NCBI GenBank assembly: GCA_041309305.1
Contig: JBFYZW010000235.1
Span: forward strand, 1-63,792
DNA length: 63,792 nucleotides
Direction: 5' to 3'
Source of the DNA: Deltaproteobacteria bacterium
GTDB taxonomy: Bacteria; Myxococcota; XYA12-FULL-58-9
Translations under genes and position numbers: made by a program
Notes under the pieces: generated by a model
What the model was told of the DNA's origin: nothing
Database searches by the model: none
What the model saw: only the letters and a program-made list of their open reading frames with translations
Shown: positions 17,203 through 25,843 of the stretch, piece by piece
How positions within the stretch are numbered: position 1 is the stretch's first letter
Layout: each line of letters starts with the position of its first letter

Positions 17203-18222
17203 TCAGCCGAGCTCGCCGCCGTCAGCCTGCGCCCGCGTGCGCCAGGCGGCGGCCAGCTTGTCCAGGCCCTGGGCGATCGTATGCGTGGGCGCGTAGCCGA
17301 GGTCGCGCCGGGCCGCGGTGATGTCGAAGTAGTGGGCGGTCGAGAGCTGCCGGGCCAAGAAGCGGGTCATCCGCGGCTCGTCCTCTCGTCGCGCGAGCGC
17401 GTGGGCGAGCTCGAAGACGGCGCCGGCGGTCCAGGCCAACGCCACCGGCACGCGGCGCTGCACCGGCGGCGCGCCGCAGGCGGCGAGGATACGGTTGATG
17501 AGCTGGCCGATCGGCAATGGCTCGCCCTGGGTGATGAAGTACGGTTTGCCGGCGCAGGCTGCCGTCGGTGACAGCCGGTCGGCGGCCAACAGGTGCGCTC
17601 GCGCGGCGTCTTCGATGAAGACCGAGTCGACCAGCGCCTCACCATCGCCGACCAGCCGCAGTTGTCCGGCGCGCGCCCGGGCGACGAGCTGCGGCACCAG
17701 GTGGGTGTCGCCCGGCCCCCAGATGAGATGGGGGCGCAACGCCACGGTGGCGAGGCGGTCGCTGTTCGCCGCCAGCACCGCCTGCTCCGCCAGCGCCTTC
17801 GAGCGCGGGTAGTGCGCCGCGAACCGCCTCGCGTAGGGCACCGACTCGTCGACGGCATGCAGGCTCCGGCCGCCGTGGACCACCGACGGGCTGCTGCTGA
17901 ACACCACCTTCGGCACGCCGTGCGCACGGCAGGCCTCGAGCACGTTCTGGGTCCCGAGGATGTTGGTGTGCAAGAACCGCGACCAGGGTCCAGCCATCGA
18001 GGCGAGCGCCGCCGTGTGGAACACCACATCGACACCCTGCACCGCCCGACGGACGGCCTCGGCATCACCGATGTCGACGGTCAGCTGCTCGATGCCGAGC
18101 TCGGTGAGCGTGTCGTGCCGGCTGCGGCTGGCGCTGCGCACCGCCCAGCCGGCGACGCGCAGCTGCCGGCAGATCTCCGTGCCCAAAAACCCCCCACCGC
18201 CGGTGACCAGGGCGCTCACCAT
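17203..18222 (-). CDS. oleD: OleD, NAD(P)H-dependent 2-alkyl-3-ketoalkanoate reductase (3beta-HSD/SDR family)
   Basis: 339 aa from the internal ATG at 18222. It has a VTGGGGFLG Rossmann motif and YPRSK (YxxxK). It is the last gene of an A-B-C-D order and overlaps oleC by 7 nt. Confidence 0.8.
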   Translation of the reverse strand: MVSALVTGGGGFLGTEICRQLRVAGWAVRSASRSRHDTLTELGIEQLTVDIGDAEAVRRAVQGVDVVFHTAALASMAGPWSRFLHTNILGTQNVLEACRAHGVPKVVFSSSPSVVHGGRSLHAVDESVPYARRFAAHYPRSKALAEQAVLAANSDRLATVALRPHLIWGPGDTHLVPQLVARARAGQLRLVGDGEALVDSVFIEDAARAHLLAADRLSPTAACAGKPYFITQGEPLPIGQLINRILAACGAPPVQRRVPVALAWTAGAVFELAHALARREDEPRMTRFLARQLSTAHYFDITAARRDLGYAPTHTIAQGLDKLAAAWRTRAQADGGELG

Positions 18223-19871
18223 CGTCCCTGAGCCCAACGTGACAACGCCGGACGGTCGATCTTGGCGTTGTGGCGGATATCGACCGGGAACCCCGGGTGG
18301 ACCAGGAAGCGTTCGATCGCCCGGGTGCGCTCTACCGCGCGGCCGAGCTCCCGCAGCTCGTCGAAGAGTCGCGCCTGATCCTGGACGCGCCCCCCGCTCT
18401 CGAGCTCGACGCAGACCAGCGGCTCGGTGCGGCCGGCGACCTGGACGCCGACCAACGCACTCCGCTTGACCGCCGGGTGGGCGTCGAAGACGCCTTCGCA
18501 CGGGACGGTGTACAGCTCCGCGGTCGGGGTGATCACCCGATGCGCCTTGCGACCGCAGAACCACAGGCGACCGCTGCCGTCCAGGTAGCCGAGGTCACCC
18601 ATGCGATGAAAGAAGGTGTTGCCGTCGACGATCTTGGCCAGCGTCGTGCTCTTGTCGCGGCGGAAGTAGGCACGGGTCACCACCGGACCACGCACGACAA
18701 TCTCACCGATCTGCTCGGGCGGCAGCGCGAGCGCCTCGCTCCAGACCGGGATCGGCTGCTCGTCGATGCCGATGATGCGCACGTCCAGGCCGGCGAGCGG
18801 GCGCCCGAGACAGATGCCGGCACCGCGCGCGGTGAGGGCCTGGGTCTCGGCGAGCACCTCGTGGTGCGTGATCGACGCCATCGGCATCGCCTCGGTCGCC
18901 CCATAGGAGGGATGGATCGCGGCGCCGGGCCCGAGGACCCCGACAAACGGGTGGAGCACCCCGGCGGTCACCGGTGCGCCGGAGGAGATGATCCGCTTGA
19001 CGGTGGGCAAGGTCACGCCCTGGGCGGCGGCGAAGCTGCCGAGGCGGCGCAACAGGGCGGGCGAACCGAACAGGTTGGTCACCCCGAAATCCTCGATCGC
19101 CTCGATGAGCAGTCGCGGATCGGCGTCGGCGGGTCGCGTGGCATCCATGTCCGGGATGATGGTGGTCATCCCCAACGCCGGGTCGAACAGCGCGAAGAGC
19201 GGAAAGGTCGGCAGGTCGATCTCGCCGGGCGCGATGCGGTAGTGGCGGCCAATGCTCTCGACCTGGGCGAGGAAATGTCGGTGCTCGTAGACGACGCCCT
19301 TGGGGACCCCGGTGCTGCCGCTGGTGAACAGGATCGCGGCGGTCTCCTCGGCCTTGGTGGCGGCGATCGCGAAGGTGCGCACCGCAGCGCCACGCGCGTG
19401 GACCCCACGCAGCGTCTCACCGCCCCAGAACCAACGCCGGCCGACGGTGACGCACGTGCGGATGGTGGCCCGACCCCAGCCGAAAAGCAGGCGCGCGGCG
19501 TGGGCCACGGGTAGGCCGATGAAGGCCTCGGGCTCGGCCTCCGCCAGGCAGAGCTTGATGTTCCTGCGCCCGATGCCCGGGTCGACCATCACCGGCACCG
19601 CGCCGGCCTTGAACAGACCAAAGGTCAGGGCGAAGAGCTCCAGGCTCGGCTTGACCATCAAGACGGTGCGCACGCCGCGACCGATACCGAGCTCGACCAG
19701 GCCCGCGGCGATGCGATCGCTCGCCGCATCGAGCTGAGCGTAGGTGTAGTGGCTGTAGAGGCGCCGCCCGGCGGCGTTGCGGCCCTCCGGGAAGAAGATG
19801 GCCGGCCGGTGCGGCTGTTGCGCCGCCATCTCGGGGAGCCGCGCCGCGATATTCGCCGGGGCACCGCTCAT
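18216..19871 (-). CDS. oleC: OleC, AMP-dependent synthetase family beta-lactone synthetase
   Basis: 551 aa from the ATG at 19871, which makes an ATGA overlap with the oleB stop. The AMP-binding motif is LFTSGSTGVPKGV. Confidence 0.85.
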   Translation of the reverse strand: MSGAPANIAARLPEMAAQQPHRPAIFFPEGRNAAGRRLYSHYTYAQLDAASDRIAAGLVELGIGRGVRTVLMVKPSLELFALTFGLFKAGAVPVMVDPGIGRRNIKLCLAEAEPEAFIGLPVAHAARLLFGWGRATIRTCVTVGRRWFWGGETLRGVHARGAAVRTFAIAATKAEETAAILFTSGSTGVPKGVVYEHRHFLAQVESIGRHYRIAPGEIDLPTFPLFALFDPALGMTTIIPDMDATRPADADPRLLIEAIEDFGVTNLFGSPALLRRLGSFAAAQGVTLPTVKRIISSGAPVTAGVLHPFVGVLGPGAAIHPSYGATEAMPMASITHHEVLAETQALTARGAGICLGRPLAGLDVRIIGIDEQPIPVWSEALALPPEQIGEIVVRGPVVTRAYFRRDKSTTLAKIVDGNTFFHRMGDLGYLDGSGRLWFCGRKAHRVITPTAELYTVPCEGVFDAHPAVKRSALVGVQVAGRTEPLVCVELESGGRVQDQARLFDELRELGRAVERTRAIERFLVHPGFPVDIRHNAKIDRPALSRWAQGRW

Positions 19872-20767
19872 CGCGTCGTTGGTGGCAAGGGGTTGGCGGC
19901 GAGGAAGCGTTCGATCTCGGCGAGGATCTCCTCCGGTGCGTCCTCGAGGACATAGTGCCCGCAGTCGGGGAACTGCCGCACCGTAGCCTCGGGCAGGTGC
20001 TCGCGCCACTTGGCCAGGAAATGCTGGTCGAAGACGAAGTCCTTTTCACCCCAGCAGATGAGCACCGGCGTGGCGCGAAACCGCGACAACCCGGCCTCGA
20101 CCTCGCTCAGCAGCGTCCAGCCGCGGTCGGTCGGCCGGAGCGGGATCTCCTGCACGAACCGTAGCGTGGCGATCCGATTGGCCCAGGAGTCATACGGCGC
20201 CGCGTAGGCGTCGCGGACCGCCTTGGGCATCGGTCGCCGGGTGACCGCCAGGCGCGTTGCGCCGCGGCTGAAGGCGTTGAGGCCGCGCACCAACAGGGCC
20301 CCGAGCGGCGTGCGGGTCAGCGCCAGCTGCCAGGGAAACGGCTTGGCCGCGGGCAACGGGAAGGCTGCCGTATTGAGCAGCACGATCCGCGCGACCGCCT
20401 CCGGGTGGCGGTGAGCCCAGGCCATGCCAATCATGCCGCCCCAATCGTGCACGATGAGGGTGACGTTGTCGCGGATCCCGAGGTGGGCCAGGAGCCGCTC
20501 GAGATCGGCGACGCGGTGCTCGGTCCGATAGTCGTAGGCCGCATCGCCCGGCTTGTCCGACAGGCCACAGCCGATGTGGTCGGGGACGATGCAGCGGTAC
20601 CGGTCGCGCAGCCCCTTGACCAGCTCGCGGTAGTAGAACGACCAGGAGGGGTTGCCGTGCAGGAGCACGAGCACCTCGCCACGACCCTCGTCGAGGTAGT
20701 GGTAGCGCAGGCCGTCGAGGTCCAGGTAGTGCCCCGCGAAGGGGTACAGCTCCTTGGCGATGTGCAC
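19868..20767 (-). CDS. oleB: OleB, alpha/beta-hydrolase (haloalkane dehalogenase-like) beta-lactone decarboxylase
   Basis: 299 aa. It has HGNPSWSFYY and the nucleophile-elbow-like VHDWGG motif, and sits between oleA and oleC. Confidence 0.85.
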   Translation of the reverse strand: MHIAKELYPFAGHYLDLDGLRYHYLDEGRGEVLVLLHGNPSWSFYYRELVKGLRDRYRCIVPDHIGCGLSDKPGDAAYDYRTEHRVADLERLLAHLGIRDNVTLIVHDWGGMIGMAWAHRHPEAVARIVLLNTAAFPLPAAKPFPWQLALTRTPLGALLVRGLNAFSRGATRLAVTRRPMPKAVRDAYAAPYDSWANRIATLRFVQEIPLRPTDRGWTLLSEVEAGLSRFRATPVLICWGEKDFVFDQHFLAKWREHLPEATVRQFPDCGHYVLEDAPEEILAEIERFLAANPLPPTTR

Positions 20768-20772
20768 GACGG

Positions 20773-21789
20773 TTACCAGACGACCTCGGCCATCGAGACG
20801 TTCAATCCACTGCCGATGCCCATCAGCGCAACGCGCTTGCCCGGGCCGAGGCGGCCGAGCTCTTCAGCCTGGGACAACACGATCGGCACGGACGCCGGCC
20901 CGATGTTGCCGTACTCGGGGTAGATGGTGTGGATCTTCGCCAGAGACAGGCCGAGCAGCGCCGCCAACTGCTCGGTGTGGACACGACTGACTTGATGCAA
21001 GACCAGCTCGTCGAGCACCGCGTCGCTCCAGTTGAGCTCCTCTTTCGCGACCATCCAGGTTTCGTTGGCGAGCTGCAGGCCGGCGAGGAGCAGCTCCTTG
21101 GTCTTGGTCTTCATCCAGTCGACCTGGCCGAGGCACAGGCGGTTGTGTTGGGTCGCGGCGCGATCGACCCCGCCGAGGAAGCGGTGACCTTCGGGCGCCA
21201 GGTCGGAGCGGGCGAGGATCATCGCCGCCGCGCCTGAGCCGAGCGTCAGGGAGGCGAAGCTGCCCCGGAAGGTCTTCTCGTCGACGTCGGGCGCGAGCAG
21301 CCGCTCGATCGTCTTCTCGATCACGAAACGGCTGCCTTCGCCGTCGACGACGATGCCGTAGTCGATCTGACCGCGCTCGATCATGTTGCCGACCACGGTC
21401 ATGCCGTTGATGAACCCGAGGCAGGCGTTGGCGATGTCGAAGTTGAGGCAGGTCGCCGGCAGGCCGAGGTTGCCGTGCACCAGGCACGCGGTCGACGGCT
21501 CGACGTAGTCACGGCAGACCGAGGTATTGATCAGGATGCCGAGCTTGTGCCGATCGAGGCCGGTCTTCGCCAACACCTTCTCCGCGGCGAGGGTGGCGGC
21601 GTCGCTCGGTTGCACGCCTTCGTCCCAGAAACGGCGGGCGTTGATCCCGGAGAGGCTGGCGAGCAATCCGGGCTGCACCCCCAGCCGTGCGAAAGCCGGC
21701 GCCAGGCGGTCGTCGATGGCGGCCGAGGAGATGCGATGCGGCGCATCGACGTGGGCGACGGCGAGGATCGAGACATTGGCAAAGCGCAT
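20773..21789 (-). CDS. oleA: OleA, FabH-like thiolase (non-decarboxylative Claisen condensation of acyl-CoAs)
   Basis: 338 aa with a FabH/KAS-III-like sequence and an active-site Cys context of DIANACLGF. It is the first gene of the operon, with a 5-nt gap to oleB. Confidence 0.85.
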   Translation of the reverse strand: MRFANVSILAVAHVDAPHRISSAAIDDRLAPAFARLGVQPGLLASLSGINARRFWDEGVQPSDAATLAAEKVLAKTGLDRHKLGILINTSVCRDYVEPSTACLVHGNLGLPATCLNFDIANACLGFINGMTVVGNMIERGQIDYGIVVDGEGSRFVIEKTIERLLAPDVDEKTFRGSFASLTLGSGAAAMILARSDLAPEGHRFLGGVDRAATQHNRLCLGQVDWMKTKTKELLLAGLQLANETWMVAKEELNWSDAVLDELVLHQVSRVHTEQLAALLGLSLAKIHTIYPEYGNIGPASVPIVLSQAEELGRLGPGKRVALMGIGSGLNVSMAEVVW

Positions 21790-22026
21790 GCGGTTCTCTC
21801 CTGCAAAACGGTGAAGCGGTGGGCGTGGTGTGCCGGCGCCATACCTGCCGGGCGTTCATACTCGACCGCCGGCACCACTCCAAGCACCGAATGGCGATTG
21901 GCTGACCGCCGGTTGATTTTCGATGGCCGCGGGTCGGCGCGGCCGCGGGGTTGGCCGCCCCCCGGTCGTTTCCGCTGTTGCCGGCCGCGTTGGTTTCCAC
22001 TACACCGTGCCACCGTGCTCGAGGCG

Positions 22027-22944
22027 ATGCTCAACAAACGCGTCCTTTTGGTCACCGGCAAAGGCGGGGTCGGGCGCACCACCGTGGCCGCCGGCCTGGC
22101 CCTGGCGACGGCGCGGTGCGGGCGCCGTACGCTGCTGGCCGAGATCGGCTCGCCGGAGGGCGGCTCGTCACCGCTCGCGCAACTGTTCGGGCGCGAGCAG
22201 TTCACCAGCGAGCTCAGCGAGCTGCGCGTGCGCCTGCGCGCCTGCCACCTGTGGGCCCCGACCGGCCAGGCGTTGTTCCTGCGCTCGGCGATGCCCGGCG
22301 GCGCCCTGCTCGGCGCCGCCGTACGCTCCCAGGCGTTGCAGACCTTCATGCGCGCCGCGCCGTCGCTGCTCGAGATGGGCTGGTTCTTTCACCTGCTCAC
22401 CTTGATCCGCGCCGAGCACGAGGAGGGTGGCCCCGAGCACGAGGTCATCGTGCTCGATCTGCCGGCCACCGGTCATACGCTGGCGCTCACCAGTTTGCCG
22501 AAGCTGCTGCACCGCTTGATCCGCCACGGTCCAATCGTCAAGGCGCTGGCCGAGGGCGAGGCCTACCTCAACGACCCGCGTTACACCGCCGCCTGGGTGG
22601 TGACCCTGCCCGAGACGATGCCGGTCTCTGAGACCTTCGATCTCATCGACGGGTTGGAGAGCACGGCGGTCCCGGTCGGTGGCATCATCGCCAACCGCAT
22701 CCCGGTCGACCCCTTCACCGCCCCAGAGCGCGCCGCGCTCGCTGCGCACCTGAACGGCGCCCCGGTGCTCGGCGCGGTCGCCTTGCAGCGCATCGAGCGT
22801 AGCCTGCAGGCGCAGGAACGGCTGCGCAACTCGGCGAGGCTGGTGCTGCACATCCCCGAGGTCGCCGAGACCGGACCGGAGCTGATGCGCACGGTCGCCA
22901 ATCGTCTGCAGATGCAGATGCAGATGCAGGGCGACGCCACGTGA
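22027..22944 (+). CDS. ArsA/GET3-family P-loop ATPase, paralog 1
   Basis: 305 aa from the ATG at 22027 (an in-frame GTG at 22015 is also possible). Deviant Walker A GKGGVGRTT; VLDLPATGH. The C-terminus is QMQMQMQGDAT. The N-terminal extension of ORF 21475.. is antisense to oleA and was rejected. Confidence 0.75.
   Translation: MLNKRVLLVTGKGGVGRTTVAAGLALATARCGRRTLLAEIGSPEGGSSPLAQLFGREQFTSELSELRVRLRACHLWAPTGQALFLRSAMPGGALLGAAVRSQALQTFMRAAPSLLEMGWFFHLLTLIRAEHEEGGPEHEVIVLDLPATGHTLALTSLPKLLHRLIRHGPIVKALAEGEAYLNDPRYTAAWVVTLPETMPVSETFDLIDGLESTAVPVGGIIANRIPVDPFTAPERAALAAHLNGAPVLGAVALQRIERSLQAQERLRNSARLVLHIPEVAETGPELMRTVANRLQMQMQMQGDAT
22909..22929 (+). repeat. (CAGATG)x3.5 hexanucleotide tandem repeat encoding QMQMQMQ
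   Basis: cagatgcagatgcagatgcag sits directly before the GTGA junction to the next gene. Confidence 0.9.
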
Positions 22945-24062
22945 GCCGCGGCCTGGCAGAGTTGATTGCCGAGCAGACCGTCATCGTCTGCGCCGGCGCC
23001 GGCGGGGTGGGCAAGACCAGCGTCGCCTGCGCCCTGGCGCTCGCCGCCGCTCGCCGCGGTCGGCGGGTGCTGGCGGTGACGATCGATCCCTCCCGGCGAC
23101 TCGCCGAGGCGCTCGGCGTCGCGCGCCACAGCCCCGAGCCCATCCGCCTGTCGGCGGCCACGCTCGCCGCCGTCGGCGTCGCGCCCCCCGGTACGCTCGA
23201 CGCCTGGATGCTCGATCCGCAACAGGTCTCCGACAATGTCGTCCACCGCTTCGCCAAGACGCCGGCCGACGCCGATCGCCTGCTCAACAACCGGATGTAC
23301 CGCAACATCACCGCGATGGTCGCCGGCATGCAGGAGTACACCGCGGTCGAGGCCTTGTACGAGTTCGTCACCGAGGGCCGCTATGACCTCGTCGTCCTCG
23401 ACACGCCCCCGTCGCGCAACGCGCTCCACTTCCTCGACGCGCCCTCCCGCATCACCGGTTTCCTCGATGGCCGAGTGTTTCGCTTCTTTCTGCCCTCGCT
23501 CGACGGCGATGGCGTCGCCAAACGCGTGGCCACCAAGATCACCGAGAAGGTCATGGACATCGCGTTCGGTCAGGAGACGCGCGTCGAGTTGATGAGCTTC
23601 TTCGCGCTCTTCTCGGCCATCCTGCATCGGCTCTCCCACAATGCCGCGGAGATGCAAGCGTTCTTCCGCCGCCCCGAGGTCTCGTTCCTGATCGTCACCT
23701 CACCGGCGCGCGAGGCCCTCGACGAGGCGGCCTTCTTCGAGCACCGGGCGCGGCAAGAGCTCCGCTTGCCCCTGAGCGGCTTCGTTCTCAATCGCAGCCT
23801 CGCCTTCGGCGAGCGCCTCTTTCCCGACGACGCCTACTTCGCCGACAGCCAGGTGCCAGAATCGGCACGCGCCAAGCTGCGGGCTCTGGCAGCACGCGAG
23901 GCCGAGCAGGTCGCCGACCACCAGCAGGTGCTCGCCAACCTCGCCGCCCGGGTCGACGGCGACTGTTTTGCGCAGGCCGCGCCGTACCTCGAGGAGGGCG
24001 TCTCCGACATCCCGAGCCTCGCCCGCCTGGCCGATGCCCTGTTCGCCGGCGACCGCCGGTGA
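22941..24062 (+). CDS. ArsA/GET3-family P-loop ATPase, paralog 2
   Basis: 373 aa. The GTG overlaps the upstream TGA. Motifs: GAGGVGKTS Walker A, TIDPSRRLAEALG and VVLDTPPSRNAL. Confidence 0.8.
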   Translation: MSRGLAELIAEQTVIVCAGAGGVGKTSVACALALAAARRGRRVLAVTIDPSRRLAEALGVARHSPEPIRLSAATLAAVGVAPPGTLDAWMLDPQQVSDNVVHRFAKTPADADRLLNNRMYRNITAMVAGMQEYTAVEALYEFVTEGRYDLVVLDTPPSRNALHFLDAPSRITGFLDGRVFRFFLPSLDGDGVAKRVATKITEKVMDIAFGQETRVELMSFFALFSAILHRLSHNAAEMQAFFRRPEVSFLIVTSPAREALDEAAFFEHRARQELRLPLSGFVLNRSLAFGERLFPDDAYFADSQVPESARAKLRALAAREAEQVADHQQVLANLAARVDGDCFAQAAPYLEEGVSDIPSLARLADALFAGDRR

Positions 24063-24168
24063 GGTGTGGGCGTCCTATCCATTGACCCGGCCGAGCTGGT
24101 TTGGAAGGTGGCGGACCAGGCGAGCGGTCGGATCTCAAGCGACAGTCACCTCGGCAACGGGCCACGTC

Positions 24169-25317
24169 TCAATGTAACGCGGCCTCGCTGTCGAAGTGGA
24201 TGTCGTGCTCAGCCGCCTGCCGCCGCACCGAATCGTAGACCTTCTGGCTGAACGAGCTCTTGGCCGCGACCGCGTCCTTCTCCAACTCGCGTTGGATATG
24301 GGCTTGGCGCTTGTCGACCAACGCCCGCGCCTTCTTTTGCAATGCCGCACGGGCCGCGAGCCGCTCGTCGACGAAGGCGCGCCGCTGGGCTGGGGTCATC
24401 GCCTGGAGCGGCTCGGGCAGCTGGGCGGGCGCGAGCGCCTCGAGCGTGATGCGGCCAATCTGCACGTCATGGAGCAGCTCGTTGCGGCCGAAGAAGTTGT
24501 CGGCACCCGCCGCCGAGGCGTTGAAGGCGGCGCGACGCGCCTGCGCCGCCACCGAGGCCTTCTCGACAATCGTCTCGCCGATCTTCTGCCGCGCGGCGGC
24601 CGCCTCCCGCCCCGCGTGAGTGCCATAGTACAGGCGGGTCGCGTCGAGCGCGGCTGAGACCCGCGCCAACTCCTCGTCAAACGGGGTCGCCGCGGCCACT
24701 TCACTGCCCGATTGACCGACCTGGAAGTAGTCACCGGCCGCCTTGGCGGCGATCTCCCGCCAGACCGGGGTCGTGGCCGCGGAGTCGCCGCATTGCACGG
24801 TGTTGACCACGATCGCCCGCTTGGCGGCGGCGGCGCAGGTCACCGGGTACGGGATGTCGTCCTGATAATCCATGTGCGGCGGTGCGTCGCCGACCAGGAA
24901 GACGACGCGGTAGACCTCGGGCGCTCGGCTCCAGCTCATCTGGGTGATCGCCTCGTGCAACGCCTGATTGACGCTCTCTGGCCCGTCGCCGCCGCCGTCG
25001 GCCGACAGACCCATCAGGGTTTCGTAGATGCGATCGAGGTCGGCGGTCAGGTCGTAACGCTGGGTGAGGTAGGTGTCACCGCGGTCGCGGTAGGCGACCA
25101 GGCCCAGCTTGATCCGCGGCGCCGGCTGGGTCTGGGCCATCGAGCTCGCGATCGACCAGATCTTTTCCTTTGCAGCGTTGATCAGGCCGCTCATGCTCCC
25201 GGTGGTGTCGAGGACGAACACCGCCTCGATTTCGGGCGCCGCTTTGGCGGCGGCCGCGGCTGGGCTCGAGAGGGTCAGGCAGGTCCAGGCAATCAGTGGA
25301 GCGCTCATCGTCGTCAC
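24169..25317 (-). CDS. Secreted von Willebrand factor A (VWA) domain protein with a helical C-terminal region
   Basis: 382 aa with a signal peptide. MIDAS-like VLDTTGSMSG, GGGDGPES and LVGDAPPH. The C-terminal region is Ala/Arg/Gln-rich and helical. Confidence 0.8.
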   Translation of the reverse strand: MTTMSAPLIAWTCLTLSSPAAAAAKAAPEIEAVFVLDTTGSMSGLINAAKEKIWSIASSMAQTQPAPRIKLGLVAYRDRGDTYLTQRYDLTADLDRIYETLMGLSADGGGDGPESVNQALHEAITQMSWSRAPEVYRVVFLVGDAPPHMDYQDDIPYPVTCAAAAKRAIVVNTVQCGDSAATTPVWREIAAKAAGDYFQVGQSGSEVAAATPFDEELARVSAALDATRLYYGTHAGREAAAARQKIGETIVEKASVAAQARRAAFNASAAGADNFFGRNELLHDVQIGRITLEALAPAQLPEPLQAMTPAQRRAFVDERLAARAALQKKARALVDKRQAHIQRELEKDAVAAKSSFSQKVYDSVRRQAAEHDIHFDSEAALH

Positions 25318-25606
25318 CTCCGGTTGGCTTCGTTGCCACCATCATCACCGAAGGCGGTTCGGCAGGGGTCAAGGCGGGGCAAAGGATATGCAAAAAGGCT
25401 GTCAACGCGCCGCGGAGCCTGGTGCGCCGATCGGCGACCGGATCGCCCGAGGCACGACCAGCTTGGCGTCAAGCCAGGCCGTCGTTCGACCAGACAGAAC
25501 GCTGGCGCTGTCACCAGGCGCGGGCCAGCTCCAGGCTCCACGGAGGAGTTTCGTCCTCCCGTTGGCCCTGCCCAACTCCGTGACCATTTGCGGCAGATGG
25601 GCTGGC

Positions 25607-25766
25607 GACCGGCACCAAAGGTCAGCGGCGCATCAAAGGCTCCCCCTCCATAGCCCAGAAGAAGCGAAACACTGCCGGACTCGCTGTTCGCGACCACCAG
25701 ATCGACCAGTCCGTCCCTGTCGAGGTCTGCGATGGCGACCGAAACGGGACCAACCCCAACCGAACC
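25607..25766 (-). pseudogene. Single FG-GAP/VCBS repeat remnant
   Basis: VSVAIADLDRDGLVDLVVANSESGSVSLLLGYGGGAFDAPLTFGAG is a canonical FG-GAP repeat. The flanking reading frame is nonsense-like, and it lies in a 525-bp gap. Confidence 0.4.
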
Positions 25767-25843
25767 CGGCGCGGCGGTTGATCGCTGGGCCGCAGCGGCC
25801 AACGTTGCTACACTCCTCGGCGGCGCCCGGCGCCGCCGACACC

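Noticed and set aside
21475-22026. The N-terminal 184-codon extension of the ArsA-like ORF (21475..22944).
   Set aside because: It overlaps oleA in antisense and is Arg/Gly-rich nonsense. The P-loop domain begins right after the ATG at 22027.
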